From the NCBI GenBank assembly GCA_045593725.1, contig JAZNXE010000008.1, forward strand, positions 855-64,854: a stretch of 64,000 nt of DNA, in the 5' to 3' direction. Of the stretch, positions 10,089 to 18,313 are shown one piece after another. The notes under the pieces were generated by a model, which was not told the DNA's origin, ran no database searches, and worked only from the letters and a program-made list of their open reading frames with translations. This DNA comes from Eubacteriales bacterium (GTDB taxonomy: Bacteria; Bacillota; Clostridia; Oscillospirales; CAG-272). Numbering within the stretch: position 1 is the stretch's first letter; every line of letters begins with the position of its first letter. Made by a program: the position numbers and the translations under genes.

Positions 10089-10832
10089 TCAAAGCTCGGT
10101 AGCGCAAACTATACAAGCAAGAACAAAGCCTGAGGCGGTTTCGGTGCGAAGTATTCTCTTTCCTAGACCCGTCATTTTCATTCCAAGAGCTCTTGCCGCC
10201 TCCGCCTCCTTCACCGAAAAGCCTCCTTCGCTTCCTACGAAAAGAGATATGTTCTGCGGCATACGCGACTCAAATCCCCGAAGAATTGTCCCAAGAGGCT
10301 CTGTGCCGTCACCTTCATAGCAGAAAAGACAAATATCACTCTCCAAAGCCTGACCTATGGCATCTCTGAAGCTAACAGAGTGCTTTATCTCGGGGATAAC
10401 GCTTCTGCCGCACTGCTTTGCCGCTTCTGCGGCTATTCTTTGTCTGCGCTCGGTCTTGCGTTCCTCCGCGTCACTCTTTATCCTTACTACACAGCGCTCA
10501 CTCTCAAAGGGAATTATCTCCCCTACCCCGCATTCCACGGCCTTTTGTATTATTGTGTCAAGCTTATCACCCTTGGGTAGCGCCTGAAAGAGTCTTATGA
10601 ATATCTTCGGCTCATTTTCTGAATGCTTAGTGGAAATTATCTCGGATATAACCTCTCTGTCCTCATCAAAGGAGCTGATTTTGCAGGTATATTCATTTCC
10701 CTGCATATCGCAAACGGTTATCTCCTCGCCCACCGCCATTCTCAGTGAACGGGCTATGTGATGGGCATCGTCACCTATTATTGAAATAAGGTTATCCCTT
10801 ACTCTGTCCTGTCTTACAAAAAATCTTGGCAT
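10089..10832 (-). CDS. rsmE: 16S rRNA (uracil1498-N3)-methyltransferase RsmE
   Basis: MPRFFV.. N-terminus typical of RsmE, with C-terminal LGKRILRTETA. The track start (TTG at 10847) is replaced by ATG at 10832, which has GGAG 6 nt upstream. Confidence 0.88.
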   Translation of the reverse strand: MPRFFVRQDRVRDNLISIIGDDAHHIARSLRMAVGEEITVCDMQGNEYTCKISSFDEDREVISEIISTKHSENEPKIFIRLFQALPKGDKLDTIIQKAVECGVGEIIPFESERCVVRIKSDAEERKTERRQRIAAEAAKQCGRSVIPEIKHSVSFRDAIGQALESDICLFCYEGDGTEPLGTILRGFESRMPQNISLFVGSEGGFSVKEAEAARALGMKMTGLGKRILRTETASGFVLACIVCATEL

Positions 10833-10843
10833 TTCTACTCCAA

Positions 10844-11518
10844 TCAATAATTGCTTTTTGTCTTGTCGCCCTTAAGCAGCGTAACCAATCGGCTTGTTCC
10901 CAGTCTTTGGGCACCAAGGGATAAAAACAGCTCCGCGTCCTCAAAGCTTTTTATGCCCCCTGCCGCCTTTATTTTTACATTATTTCCTACGTTCTCGGCA
11001 AACAGCTTAATGTCGGCAGCGGTAGCTCCGCCCGTAGAAAATCCCGTGGAGGTCTTTATGTAGTCCGCCCCCGCCTCGGTAACTATTTTACACATAGCTA
11101 TCTTTTCATCCTCGGTCAGAAGGCAGGCTTCTATAATTACCTTAAGTATTTTTTCTCCGCATACCGCCTTTAAAGCCCTTATTTCTTCTGTGACAGTATC
11201 ATACTTTTTCGCTTTAAGGTCGCCTATATTGATAACCATATCTAACTCATCCGCGCCGTTATCAATAGCGTCCTTTGCTTCAGCGCATTTTATAGCTGTG
11301 GTGTTATATCCGTTGGGAAATCCTATAACAGTACATACGGCAACTCTTCCCTTCAAATATTGAGCTGCTTGGCTTACAAAGGACGGCGGGATACAAACAG
11401 ATGCCGTACCATATTTTTCGGCATCATCGCACACCGTCTTTATATCCTCCCACGTAGCACCCTGCAAAAGCAGGGTGTGATCTACGTGAGCCATTATTTC
11501 CTTTACCGTGTATTTCAT
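10844..11518 (-). CDS. deoC: Deoxyribose-phosphate aldolase
   Basis: MKYTVKEIMAHVDHTLL.., VCIPP, KVIIE, and Schiff-base region ADYIKTSTGF. ATG at 11518 forms an ATGA overlap with the upstream gene stop. Confidence 0.9.
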   Translation of the reverse strand: MKYTVKEIMAHVDHTLLLQGATWEDIKTVCDDAEKYGTASVCIPPSFVSQAAQYLKGRVAVCTVIGFPNGYNTTAIKCAEAKDAIDNGADELDMVINIGDLKAKKYDTVTEEIRALKAVCGEKILKVIIEACLLTEDEKIAMCKIVTEAGADYIKTSTGFSTGGATAADIKLFAENVGNNVKIKAAGGIKSFEDAELFLSLGAQRLGTSRLVTLLKGDKTKSNY

Positions 11519-13185
11519 TGCTCTGCCTCGGTACTCTTGAAGCTCCACTCGGATATTTGTCTTATCTTTTCAACGTCGGTTTCATAATAGGACACAGTCA
11601 GCACGTTGTCCTCCTCTATTAGGAGAACGCTCTCGTCTGCCGCGACGCTCTGCTTATAGAGATATCCGTCGGAGCCTGTAATATATACCGCCGATTCGCC
11701 GCCCATCGTTACTATACGCACGTTCTTAACGGTTATATCTGCGCTGGGCACAGTATCGTCTTCACTTGAGCTTCCGCCGGTAATTATACCATTCTGCTTT
11801 AAGAGCTTGATATATTCCTGCTTTGCCTCGGTCTGAGTAGTGCCTGTGGCTACAACGCTGTATTTTTCTACGTTTACCAGCGCGTAAAGCTTAACCAGTC
11901 CTCCGCTGTCCTTGAGCACCATAATATAGGTAGCCTGACCCGACACGTTGATAAGCGACGGGAAGGACGCTACGTATCCCTTTTCCTGCACCTCGCCCTC
12001 GGCTGCCCTCATAGCAGAGTACTCCTCAGCGCCGATTACGGGATAGAATTTATATTCACCCGTTCTGGCGTTACTGATAATAAATCCGATATTACTCTCG
12101 TCGCTAGTAACAGAGGTAACACCCGTAAAGAACCATACGTCGTCCCCGATAACTATATATCCGAAGTCGTCTGTGGTTACCTTACAATCCTTGTTGCCTA
12201 TTATGCTGTTCCAAAAGCCGTTTTTAAGCGTTCCGTACCAGTCGTATTTCTGCGCGGCAAGATTGCCCGTGAATACGTTATCTACCCACGAGGGCACGTC
12301 CTTCAGAGCGTAAATCTCGGAGCTTCCGTCAACGGGATTAAATATTATAACCTCATCAACGTCCATCGCGCCAAACAAAAATACGGTGGGCTTCATACAA
12401 GATACTATATAGTAAGGATTGCCGTTGTCGTCCACCTCAAAGGAATAAGAGCCGAATATCTTTGTGGGATAGGACATACGGAGCTTTCGGTGAAGGTCTT
12501 CGCCGAAAAACGCGCTGTCCGCATACTTTATTGGCTTTTGGAGCTTGATATAATTCGCCTCGGTGACGTTAACGGGGTCCACCATAACGTAACCCGGAAT
12601 ACCGCTCTTGCGGTTGCTCAGCCATTTGAAGAAATCGGCATATTCAAGGTTAGACACCTTTTGCGGGGTTCTCTTGTAATTTATCTGTCGGTAAGTGGGA
12701 TTTATTTCATACTGGGAAACAACGTCCGAAAGCGCGCCGAGGGTTCTGTCGCCCATTTTCTGCGCGGTTTGACTGTCCATAAGAGCTATGTTGCTTACTA
12801 TCGCGGTTTCGGGCATATCCTCCTCAAACACCGCCTCGGGAACCTCTATTATATTTGAGTATCTCTCGGCGTTAAAGAACGTGGATGACGCGATATTTCC
12901 TATTATTAGCACCAATACGGGTACTGCTATAAGCGAGAGTGATACCTTTAATACAGTCTTACCCTCGAAATTAAAGAATTTCTTGCTGACTCCCTTGGGC
13001 GCGAAGCCTTGCCTTGCCGAAAGCAAGGAATATATAACCGTAAAACAAGCTATAGCAAGAGCAAGGGATACCCAAAAGCCTTGGTTAAAAATATTGATTG
13101 CGGGGAGAGTTATATAAAAATATATTCCTCCCAGAGCAAGTGTGACAAGCAACGCCACTAAAACACGAACCCATGTTTTTTTCAT
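11515..13185 (-). CDS. Hypothetical large membrane protein (about 3 N-terminal TM segments plus a roughly 450-aa extracytoplasmic domain)
   Basis: 556 aa. I recognise no family. Tightly packed between topB and deoC. Confidence 0.6.
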   Translation of the reverse strand: MKKTWVRVLVALLVTLALGGIYFYITLPAINIFNQGFWVSLALAIACFTVIYSLLSARQGFAPKGVSKKFFNFEGKTVLKVSLSLIAVPVLVLIIGNIASSTFFNAERYSNIIEVPEAVFEEDMPETAIVSNIALMDSQTAQKMGDRTLGALSDVVSQYEINPTYRQINYKRTPQKVSNLEYADFFKWLSNRKSGIPGYVMVDPVNVTEANYIKLQKPIKYADSAFFGEDLHRKLRMSYPTKIFGSYSFEVDDNGNPYYIVSCMKPTVFLFGAMDVDEVIIFNPVDGSSEIYALKDVPSWVDNVFTGNLAAQKYDWYGTLKNGFWNSIIGNKDCKVTTDDFGYIVIGDDVWFFTGVTSVTSDESNIGFIISNARTGEYKFYPVIGAEEYSAMRAAEGEVQEKGYVASFPSLINVSGQATYIMVLKDSGGLVKLYALVNVEKYSVVATGTTQTEAKQEYIKLLKQNGIITGGSSSEDDTVPSADITVKNVRIVTMGGESAVYITGSDGYLYKQSVAADESVLLIEEDNVLTVSYYETDVEKIRQISEWSFKSTEAEQ

Positions 13186-13206
13186 AATTTTTTCTCCTTT
13201 CTATAT

Positions 13207-15309
13207 TTAAAAATCAAAAACACATCTGCCGTTATCAAGCTTTAACGCCGCGTCAAAGCTCTTCCCGTTCTTTGAAACAAAGCCCTTTATTACCGAGGTG
13301 CGCCCACTTTCAAGCAAGAGCGTAACGTTCCTTGCGGATATGGCTCTACCGCATATATAAGCACCTACGGTGAATTTACATCCGTTTTTGTAATTACTGC
13401 ATCCGTACCCGAATTTGTTTCTCTTTACCTCGTTTGTGCAGAGGGGGCATTTGCCCACCACGTCACCGAAGAAGCCTGTTTCGGTATCCTCCTCCAGCGG
13501 CTGCTCGGGCTTTGGGGCAAAATACGCGGATATCTCATCCACAGCCAGCTTTACGCTGTCCTCCACCTCTATCTCTCCTCTGAATACTCTTTTTAGCGCT
13601 TTACCCATCTCGGAGGTCTTGAATTTGTCCATATTTATATTCATTCTCTCAAGGCTTTCAATAAGGAATATTCCGTCGGGCAATATTGTATATACGTCCT
13701 TTTTCAGCTGGATATATCCGCTCTTTTTTGCGTTATCTATTATTCCAGTGCGGGTTGCTTCCGTTCCAAGCTCCACTCCCTCAAGCATAGCCCTGTATTC
13801 CTCCGCGTCGTCAGCGCCCACCGTATCCTCTGCCGCCGCTTTTTCCTCTCGGAATGGGTTTTTCAAATAATTATTAAGTGTTTCTATGGTATAGTGCTTG
13901 GGGGGTGAGGTTTCCTTTTCGTTTGGCTTGAAATTTATATTTACCCTATCTCCCTTATTGAGATTTGGCAATATCTTGTCCTTTTGGGCGGCGTCGTCAT
14001 ATTTCATCCAGCCCTTTTCCTTTATGGAAAGCCCCTTTAGCTGAAAGTCTTCGAGTTCTCCCACGCTTACGGTTATTTCTACCTTTTCCGCAATACATTC
14101 CTCCGCGCAGAATACCGCTATAAATCTGCGGAATACTGTGGAATAAACCTGCATCTCGGCTTCGCTGAGCTTCGTTTTATCGGGTATTTTATAGGTTGGG
14201 GTTATTGCCGAATGCGACTCTATCTTGCTATCGTCAAAGATATTCTTTTTATCCTTAAACACTACTGGATAACCAAGTGAGGCGCAATTTTCAAGTATCT
14301 TCTTAACCTTTCCCTTTTCCGCTGTGGCGAGATACTCCGAGTTGGTTCTCGGATAGGTAAGATATCCGCTCTCATAGAGCTTTTGCACTATCTCAAGGCT
14401 CTCTGCCATAGACATCTTATATTTCTTTCCCAGCACGTTCTGGAGCTTCGAGAGCGAGTACAGCTTACCCGGAAGTATGCTGTCCTTTTTACGCTTGACC
14501 GAGGTAACAGTGGCAATCTGCTTGTTATATTCCTCGCAGGTCAGCTGCGCCTTATTAAGTTCCCTCCCGTCAAAGCGAAGCTTACTTTGAAGCTCCACCG
14601 TTTCACCGTTGGTCTGCTCCTTGCTGGATATGGAATAGTATTTCTGCGGAATGAAGTTTTTTATAGCCATATCTCTGTCGTATATAGCTCTAACGATAGG
14701 AACTATTACTCTGCCCACACGCATAAGAGTGCCTGTTTTAAGAGTAGCCAATCGCGTAAGGTTGACTCCGTAAAGCCAATCTATGTAGGTCCTTGCGTAG
14801 CCCTCGTTGGCAAGATTGTCATATTCATTTTCCAGCTTCATATCGGCAAATGCCGCCCGTACGGTTTCGGGAGTCTGGTCGGGAAGCCAAAGTCTTTTTT
14901 GTGTTTTAGGGGTCTTTAGCGCCTTGCTTACACAGGTACGGACTATTATCTCTCCCTCTCGGTCGGCGTCCCCCGCGTTTACTATGGTATCTACATCCTC
15001 TCGATTGCAAAGAGTTTCTATAATCTTAAACTGTTTTATAACTCCGCTGTCAACCTTTTTGTTGCTGTCAAGCCTTAGCTCATACCGGAATTCTCGGGGA
15101 AAGCAGGGGAGATTTTTCATTGTCCAATATCGCTCACCCTCGGGTCTTGGATTATATGCTTCAATATCCGCAAGTGAAAACAGGTGTCCGAATGCCCAAG
15201 TAATTATGCAATCCTTGTTTTCAAGATATCCGTCACGCTTTGAGAAGCTCCCCAAGCCCGCGGCTATGTTCCTGCCAAGGCTGGGCTTTTCCGCTACTAT
15301 CAATACCAT
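13207..15309 (-). CDS. topB: DNA topoisomerase III (type IA) with C-terminal zinc-ribbon repeats
   Basis: 700 aa. Toprim IVAEKPS.., DADREGE, active-site region YLTYPRTNSEYL, and C-terminal CPLC..C..C Zn fingers. Confidence 0.9.
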   Translation of the reverse strand: MVLIVAEKPSLGRNIAAGLGSFSKRDGYLENKDCIITWAFGHLFSLADIEAYNPRPEGERYWTMKNLPCFPREFRYELRLDSNKKVDSGVIKQFKIIETLCNREDVDTIVNAGDADREGEIIVRTCVSKALKTPKTQKRLWLPDQTPETVRAAFADMKLENEYDNLANEGYARTYIDWLYGVNLTRLATLKTGTLMRVGRVIVPIVRAIYDRDMAIKNFIPQKYYSISSKEQTNGETVELQSKLRFDGRELNKAQLTCEEYNKQIATVTSVKRKKDSILPGKLYSLSKLQNVLGKKYKMSMAESLEIVQKLYESGYLTYPRTNSEYLATAEKGKVKKILENCASLGYPVVFKDKKNIFDDSKIESHSAITPTYKIPDKTKLSEAEMQVYSTVFRRFIAVFCAEECIAEKVEITVSVGELEDFQLKGLSIKEKGWMKYDDAAQKDKILPNLNKGDRVNINFKPNEKETSPPKHYTIETLNNYLKNPFREEKAAAEDTVGADDAEEYRAMLEGVELGTEATRTGIIDNAKKSGYIQLKKDVYTILPDGIFLIESLERMNINMDKFKTSEMGKALKRVFRGEIEVEDSVKLAVDEISAYFAPKPEQPLEEDTETGFFGDVVGKCPLCTNEVKRNKFGYGCSNYKNGCKFTVGAYICGRAISARNVTLLLESGRTSVIKGFVSKNGKSFDAALKLDNGRCVFDF

Positions 15310-15330
15310 ATTATTCCCACTCCCCGCAAA

Positions 15331-16356
15331 TCATAATCCTTCGTTTTGTTTTTCTAAAAGCTCGTTAAATATATTATTTATATCCTCGGGACTTTCGGCT
15401 GTCATTATCTGACCTCTTGCGGCGGCGCTTCCCTTCATTCCCGATATATACCAAGCCATATGCTTCTTTGCCTCGGCAAGTCCTGTTCGCCCGCCGTGCT
15501 CCTCTATCATAAGCGAAAGCTGACGTGAAGCTACCGACAGACGCTCCTCGTATGTCGGCAGCGTGTATTTCTCGCCCTCAAGAGCGTGTTTAATCTGAGA
15601 AAACAGCCAAGGTGCGCCCATTGCTCCACGTCCTATCATTATTCCGTCGCATCCCGTGCTCTCAAGCATTACTTGCGCATCCTCGGCAGAATATATGTCC
15701 CCATTTCCGATTACGGGAATACTTACCGCCTTTTTTACGCTCTCAATAATTTCCAAATCTATGCCAGGGGTGTACAGCTGTTCCCTTGTACGGGCATGAA
15801 CGCATATAGCGCTTACACCCGCTGCCTCAAGTATTTTCGCTACCTCAACGGCGTTTATACTTTGAGAATCCCAACCCGCGCGTATCTTTACGGTTACGGG
15901 CAGACTCACAGACTTGCAAACCGCCTCCGCCACCTTTCCCGCAAGAGCGGGGGTTCTCATAAGTGCGCTTCCCTCTCCGTTAGCGGTTATCTTTCTTACG
16001 GGACAACCCATATTTATATCTATGGCTGTTGGTTTAGCGTCAGAGATGCATCCTCGGTAACTGCCTTCTTCGAGCATCCGTGCCGCCTCAGCCATAAATT
16101 CAGGCTCCTTGCCGAAAAGCTGAACTGCCATTGGACAATCCTCTTTAAGCACCGCCGCAAGAGTTGCGGTAGCAGATGAAAAATATTCCTTTCTTTTTGC
16201 TCTTTGCTCGTAACAAAGAGCCTTGGCGGATACCATCTCGCTGACGGTATATTCCGCTCCGTATTCTCTGCATATACTCCTGAAGGTACGGTCTGTAACT
16301 CCCGCCATTGGCGCAAGCATAAGCCCGTGCTTCAGCACAACATTTCCTATCTTCAA
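15331..16356 (-). CDS. dusB: tRNA-dihydrouridine synthase
   Basis: 341 aa. LAPMAGVTDRTFRSICREYGA, DINMGCP, GNGDI. Confidence 0.9.
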   Translation of the reverse strand: MKIGNVVLKHGLMLAPMAGVTDRTFRSICREYGAEYTVSEMVSAKALCYEQRAKRKEYFSSATATLAAVLKEDCPMAVQLFGKEPEFMAEAARMLEEGSYRGCISDAKPTAIDINMGCPVRKITANGEGSALMRTPALAGKVAEAVCKSVSLPVTVKIRAGWDSQSINAVEVAKILEAAGVSAICVHARTREQLYTPGIDLEIIESVKKAVSIPVIGNGDIYSAEDAQVMLESTGCDGIMIGRGAMGAPWLFSQIKHALEGEKYTLPTYEERLSVASRQLSLMIEEHGGRTGLAEAKKHMAWYISGMKGSAAARGQIMTAESPEDINNIFNELLEKQNEGL

Positions 16357-16485
16357 TTTTTATTCCTTAAAAAGTATGTTTTATTTATTCGCATTTTACA
16401 GCAGAAAAGAGTTGTTTTCTGCCAAAGAGTGTCGTTATTTATATGTATTCACTGTTATGCCCCGATTTCTGTCGAAGGATAATAA

Positions 16486-16514
16486 TTGACAATTTCTTCC
16501 AATTGTGATACTAT
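16486..16514 (+). promoter_or_regulatory. Sigma-A-type promoter for the small LRR gene
   Basis: TTGACA (16486-16491), 17-nt spacer, TACTAT (16509-16514), preceded by an extended -10 TGa. Confidence 0.55.
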
Positions 16515-16544
16515 TTATATGTAAACAGTCAAAGGAGCAGGAAA

Positions 16545-17264
16545 ATGAAAAAAGTAAAAGAATATTTAAAAAACATCCCAAAAGAAAAGCTTATAATTAT
16601 TATTTGCTCGTTTATTGCTATATGCGCCATAGCGCTATCCGTAATAATTTTTACATCCGCAAAGCCCAATGAAAAAGCCGAAAAAGATGACCCAAACGGT
16701 ATAGCTACCGAGAATTACGGCGGCAGTCAGATATCCTCCCAAAAGCCCGACACCCTTGAGTATCAAAGTCTTGGGAACGGAACCTGCGTAGTGGTGGGAA
16801 TCGGCACATTTACAAAGGAAGAGCTTGAAATACCCGAGAAGAGTTATCTGGGCGATACGGTTATAGGAATTGCCTCGGCTGCCTTTGAAGGCTGTGAGGA
16901 TTTGGTATCAATACATATTCCCGCAAGCGTAACAAATATCGGTGAGGGTGTTTTTGTAGGCTGCTCTTCCCTTGCTCAGATAAGCGTAGAGCGGTCGAAC
17001 ACAAAATTTTCCTCCATGGGCGGAATACTTTATTCTAAAAACAAATCCGTGCTTATTTGCTATCCTGCGGCGCGCATAGGCAGCAGTTATCTGCTGAATC
17101 CCAATGTAAAGACCATAGCAAACGATGCTTTTTACGGCGTACAGCATCTGTCAAAGATAAATTACGAGGGCACTGCCTCGGAATTTGGAGAAATAACGGT
17201 AGGCGAAGGAAACCGCGCCTTTACGGCTCTTCCTGTTACCTGCAATTATATGTCTTCAAAATGA
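16545..17264 (+). CDS. BspA-type leucine-rich-repeat (LRR_5-like) protein, N-terminally membrane-anchored
   Basis: 239 aa with an N-terminal TM. Repeats of the type IPxSVTxIGxxAFxxCxxL. RBS AAAGGAGCAGG. Confidence 0.8.
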   Translation: MKKVKEYLKNIPKEKLIIIICSFIAICAIALSVIIFTSAKPNEKAEKDDPNGIATENYGGSQISSQKPDTLEYQSLGNGTCVVVGIGTFTKEELEIPEKSYLGDTVIGIASAAFEGCEDLVSIHIPASVTNIGEGVFVGCSSLAQISVERSNTKFSSMGGILYSKNKSVLICYPAARIGSSYLLNPNVKTIANDAFYGVQHLSKINYEGTASEFGEITVGEGNRAFTALPVTCNYMSSK

Positions 17265-17268
17265 GGTA

Positions 17269-17299
17269 AAGGACGGTCGCAGCTTCTGCGACCGTCCTT
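17269..17299. terminator. Hairpin between the convergent LRR and mrp genes (candidate bidirectional terminator)
   Basis: AAGGACGGTCGCAG/CTGCGACCGTCCTT stem. The flanking U-tracts are weak in both directions. Confidence 0.5.
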
Positions 17300-17328
17300 G
17301 TTTAGTCAGCCTTAAGCTTCGACATCTA

Positions 17329-18165
17329 TCAGAGCTTTTTCTGAGTTCTGTTTACAAGCACCTCTGCGGCGGTTTCGAGATAATCGTTATCCATCATCTC
17401 TATCCAGCCCTTGTCAACGAGAGCCGTAAGCTTGGGGTCCATCGGTATCCTTGCCAGAAGGTCATAGCCGAATTTCTCAGCTACCTCGTCAATATGGCTC
17501 TCGCCAAATACCTTTATCTCCTTGCCGCAGTCGGGGCATTTTACATAGCTCATATTCTCTACAATTCCATATACTGGAATATCCATCATATCAGCCATAT
17601 TAGCCGCCTTTGCCACTATCATAGACACAAGCTCCTGCGGGCTGCTGACTATAACTATTCCGTCTATCGGGATAGACTGAAAAACGGTGAGCGGAACGTC
17701 ACCCGTTCCGGGAGGACAGTCGATAAACATATAGTCGATATCATGCCAAATGGTATCGGTCCAGAACTGCTTTACAGCACCCGCGATAACGGGGCCTCTC
17801 CATACAACAGGCTTGGTTTCGTCATCGAGCATAAGGTTTACAGACATAATATCTATTCCGGAGGTAGTAGTGGGAGGTATCATTCCGTTGTCATCTCCGT
17901 CAACACCTGCCTTAAGACCGAAAGCCTTGGGAATAGAGGGTCCTGTAACGTCGGCGTCGAGTATAGCGGTCTTATAACCAAGACGCTGCATATTTACAGC
18001 CAACATAGAGGTAACGAGGGATTTTCCAACTCCGCCCTTTCCGCTGACTACCGCGATTATATGCTTAACGCTGCTGAGAGCGTGAGGCTGTTCCTTAAGG
18101 CTCTTCTGCTCCTTAGATGAGCATCCCGAGGCGCAAGTAGAACAGTTATGAGTACATTCCGACAT
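17329..18165 (-). CDS. Mrp/NBP35/ApbC-family Fe-S cluster carrier ATPase
   Basis: 278 aa. Deviant Walker A VSGKGGVGKS, CPxC-like C..C pair, and a Cys-rich N-terminus. Confidence 0.88.
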   Translation of the reverse strand: MSECTHNCSTCASGCSSKEQKSLKEQPHALSSVKHIIAVVSGKGGVGKSLVTSMLAVNMQRLGYKTAILDADVTGPSIPKAFGLKAGVDGDDNGMIPPTTTSGIDIMSVNLMLDDETKPVVWRGPVIAGAVKQFWTDTIWHDIDYMFIDCPPGTGDVPLTVFQSIPIDGIVIVSSPQELVSMIVAKAANMADMMDIPVYGIVENMSYVKCPDCGKEIKVFGESHIDEVAEKFGYDLLARIPMDPKLTALVDKGWIEMMDNDYLETAAEVLVNRTQKKL

Positions 18166-18273
18166 TTTTTATTCTCCTTTGTTTTGGGCAAAAATAATTA
18201 TACATATATTATACACCAAAAATCGGTAATTTTCAATAGCTTTAAAAGAAATATAATGTATTTTCATATAAAT

Positions 18274-18300
18274 ACACCACCCCCGAATTGGGGGTGGTGT
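18274..18300. terminator. GC-rich hairpin downstream of the large LRR gene
   Basis: ACACCACCCCC-GAATT-GGGGGTGGTGT. T-rich on the plus side (CTGTTTTCTTTG) and A/T-rich on the minus side. Confidence 0.55.
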
Positions 18301-18313
18301 CTGTTTTCTTTGT

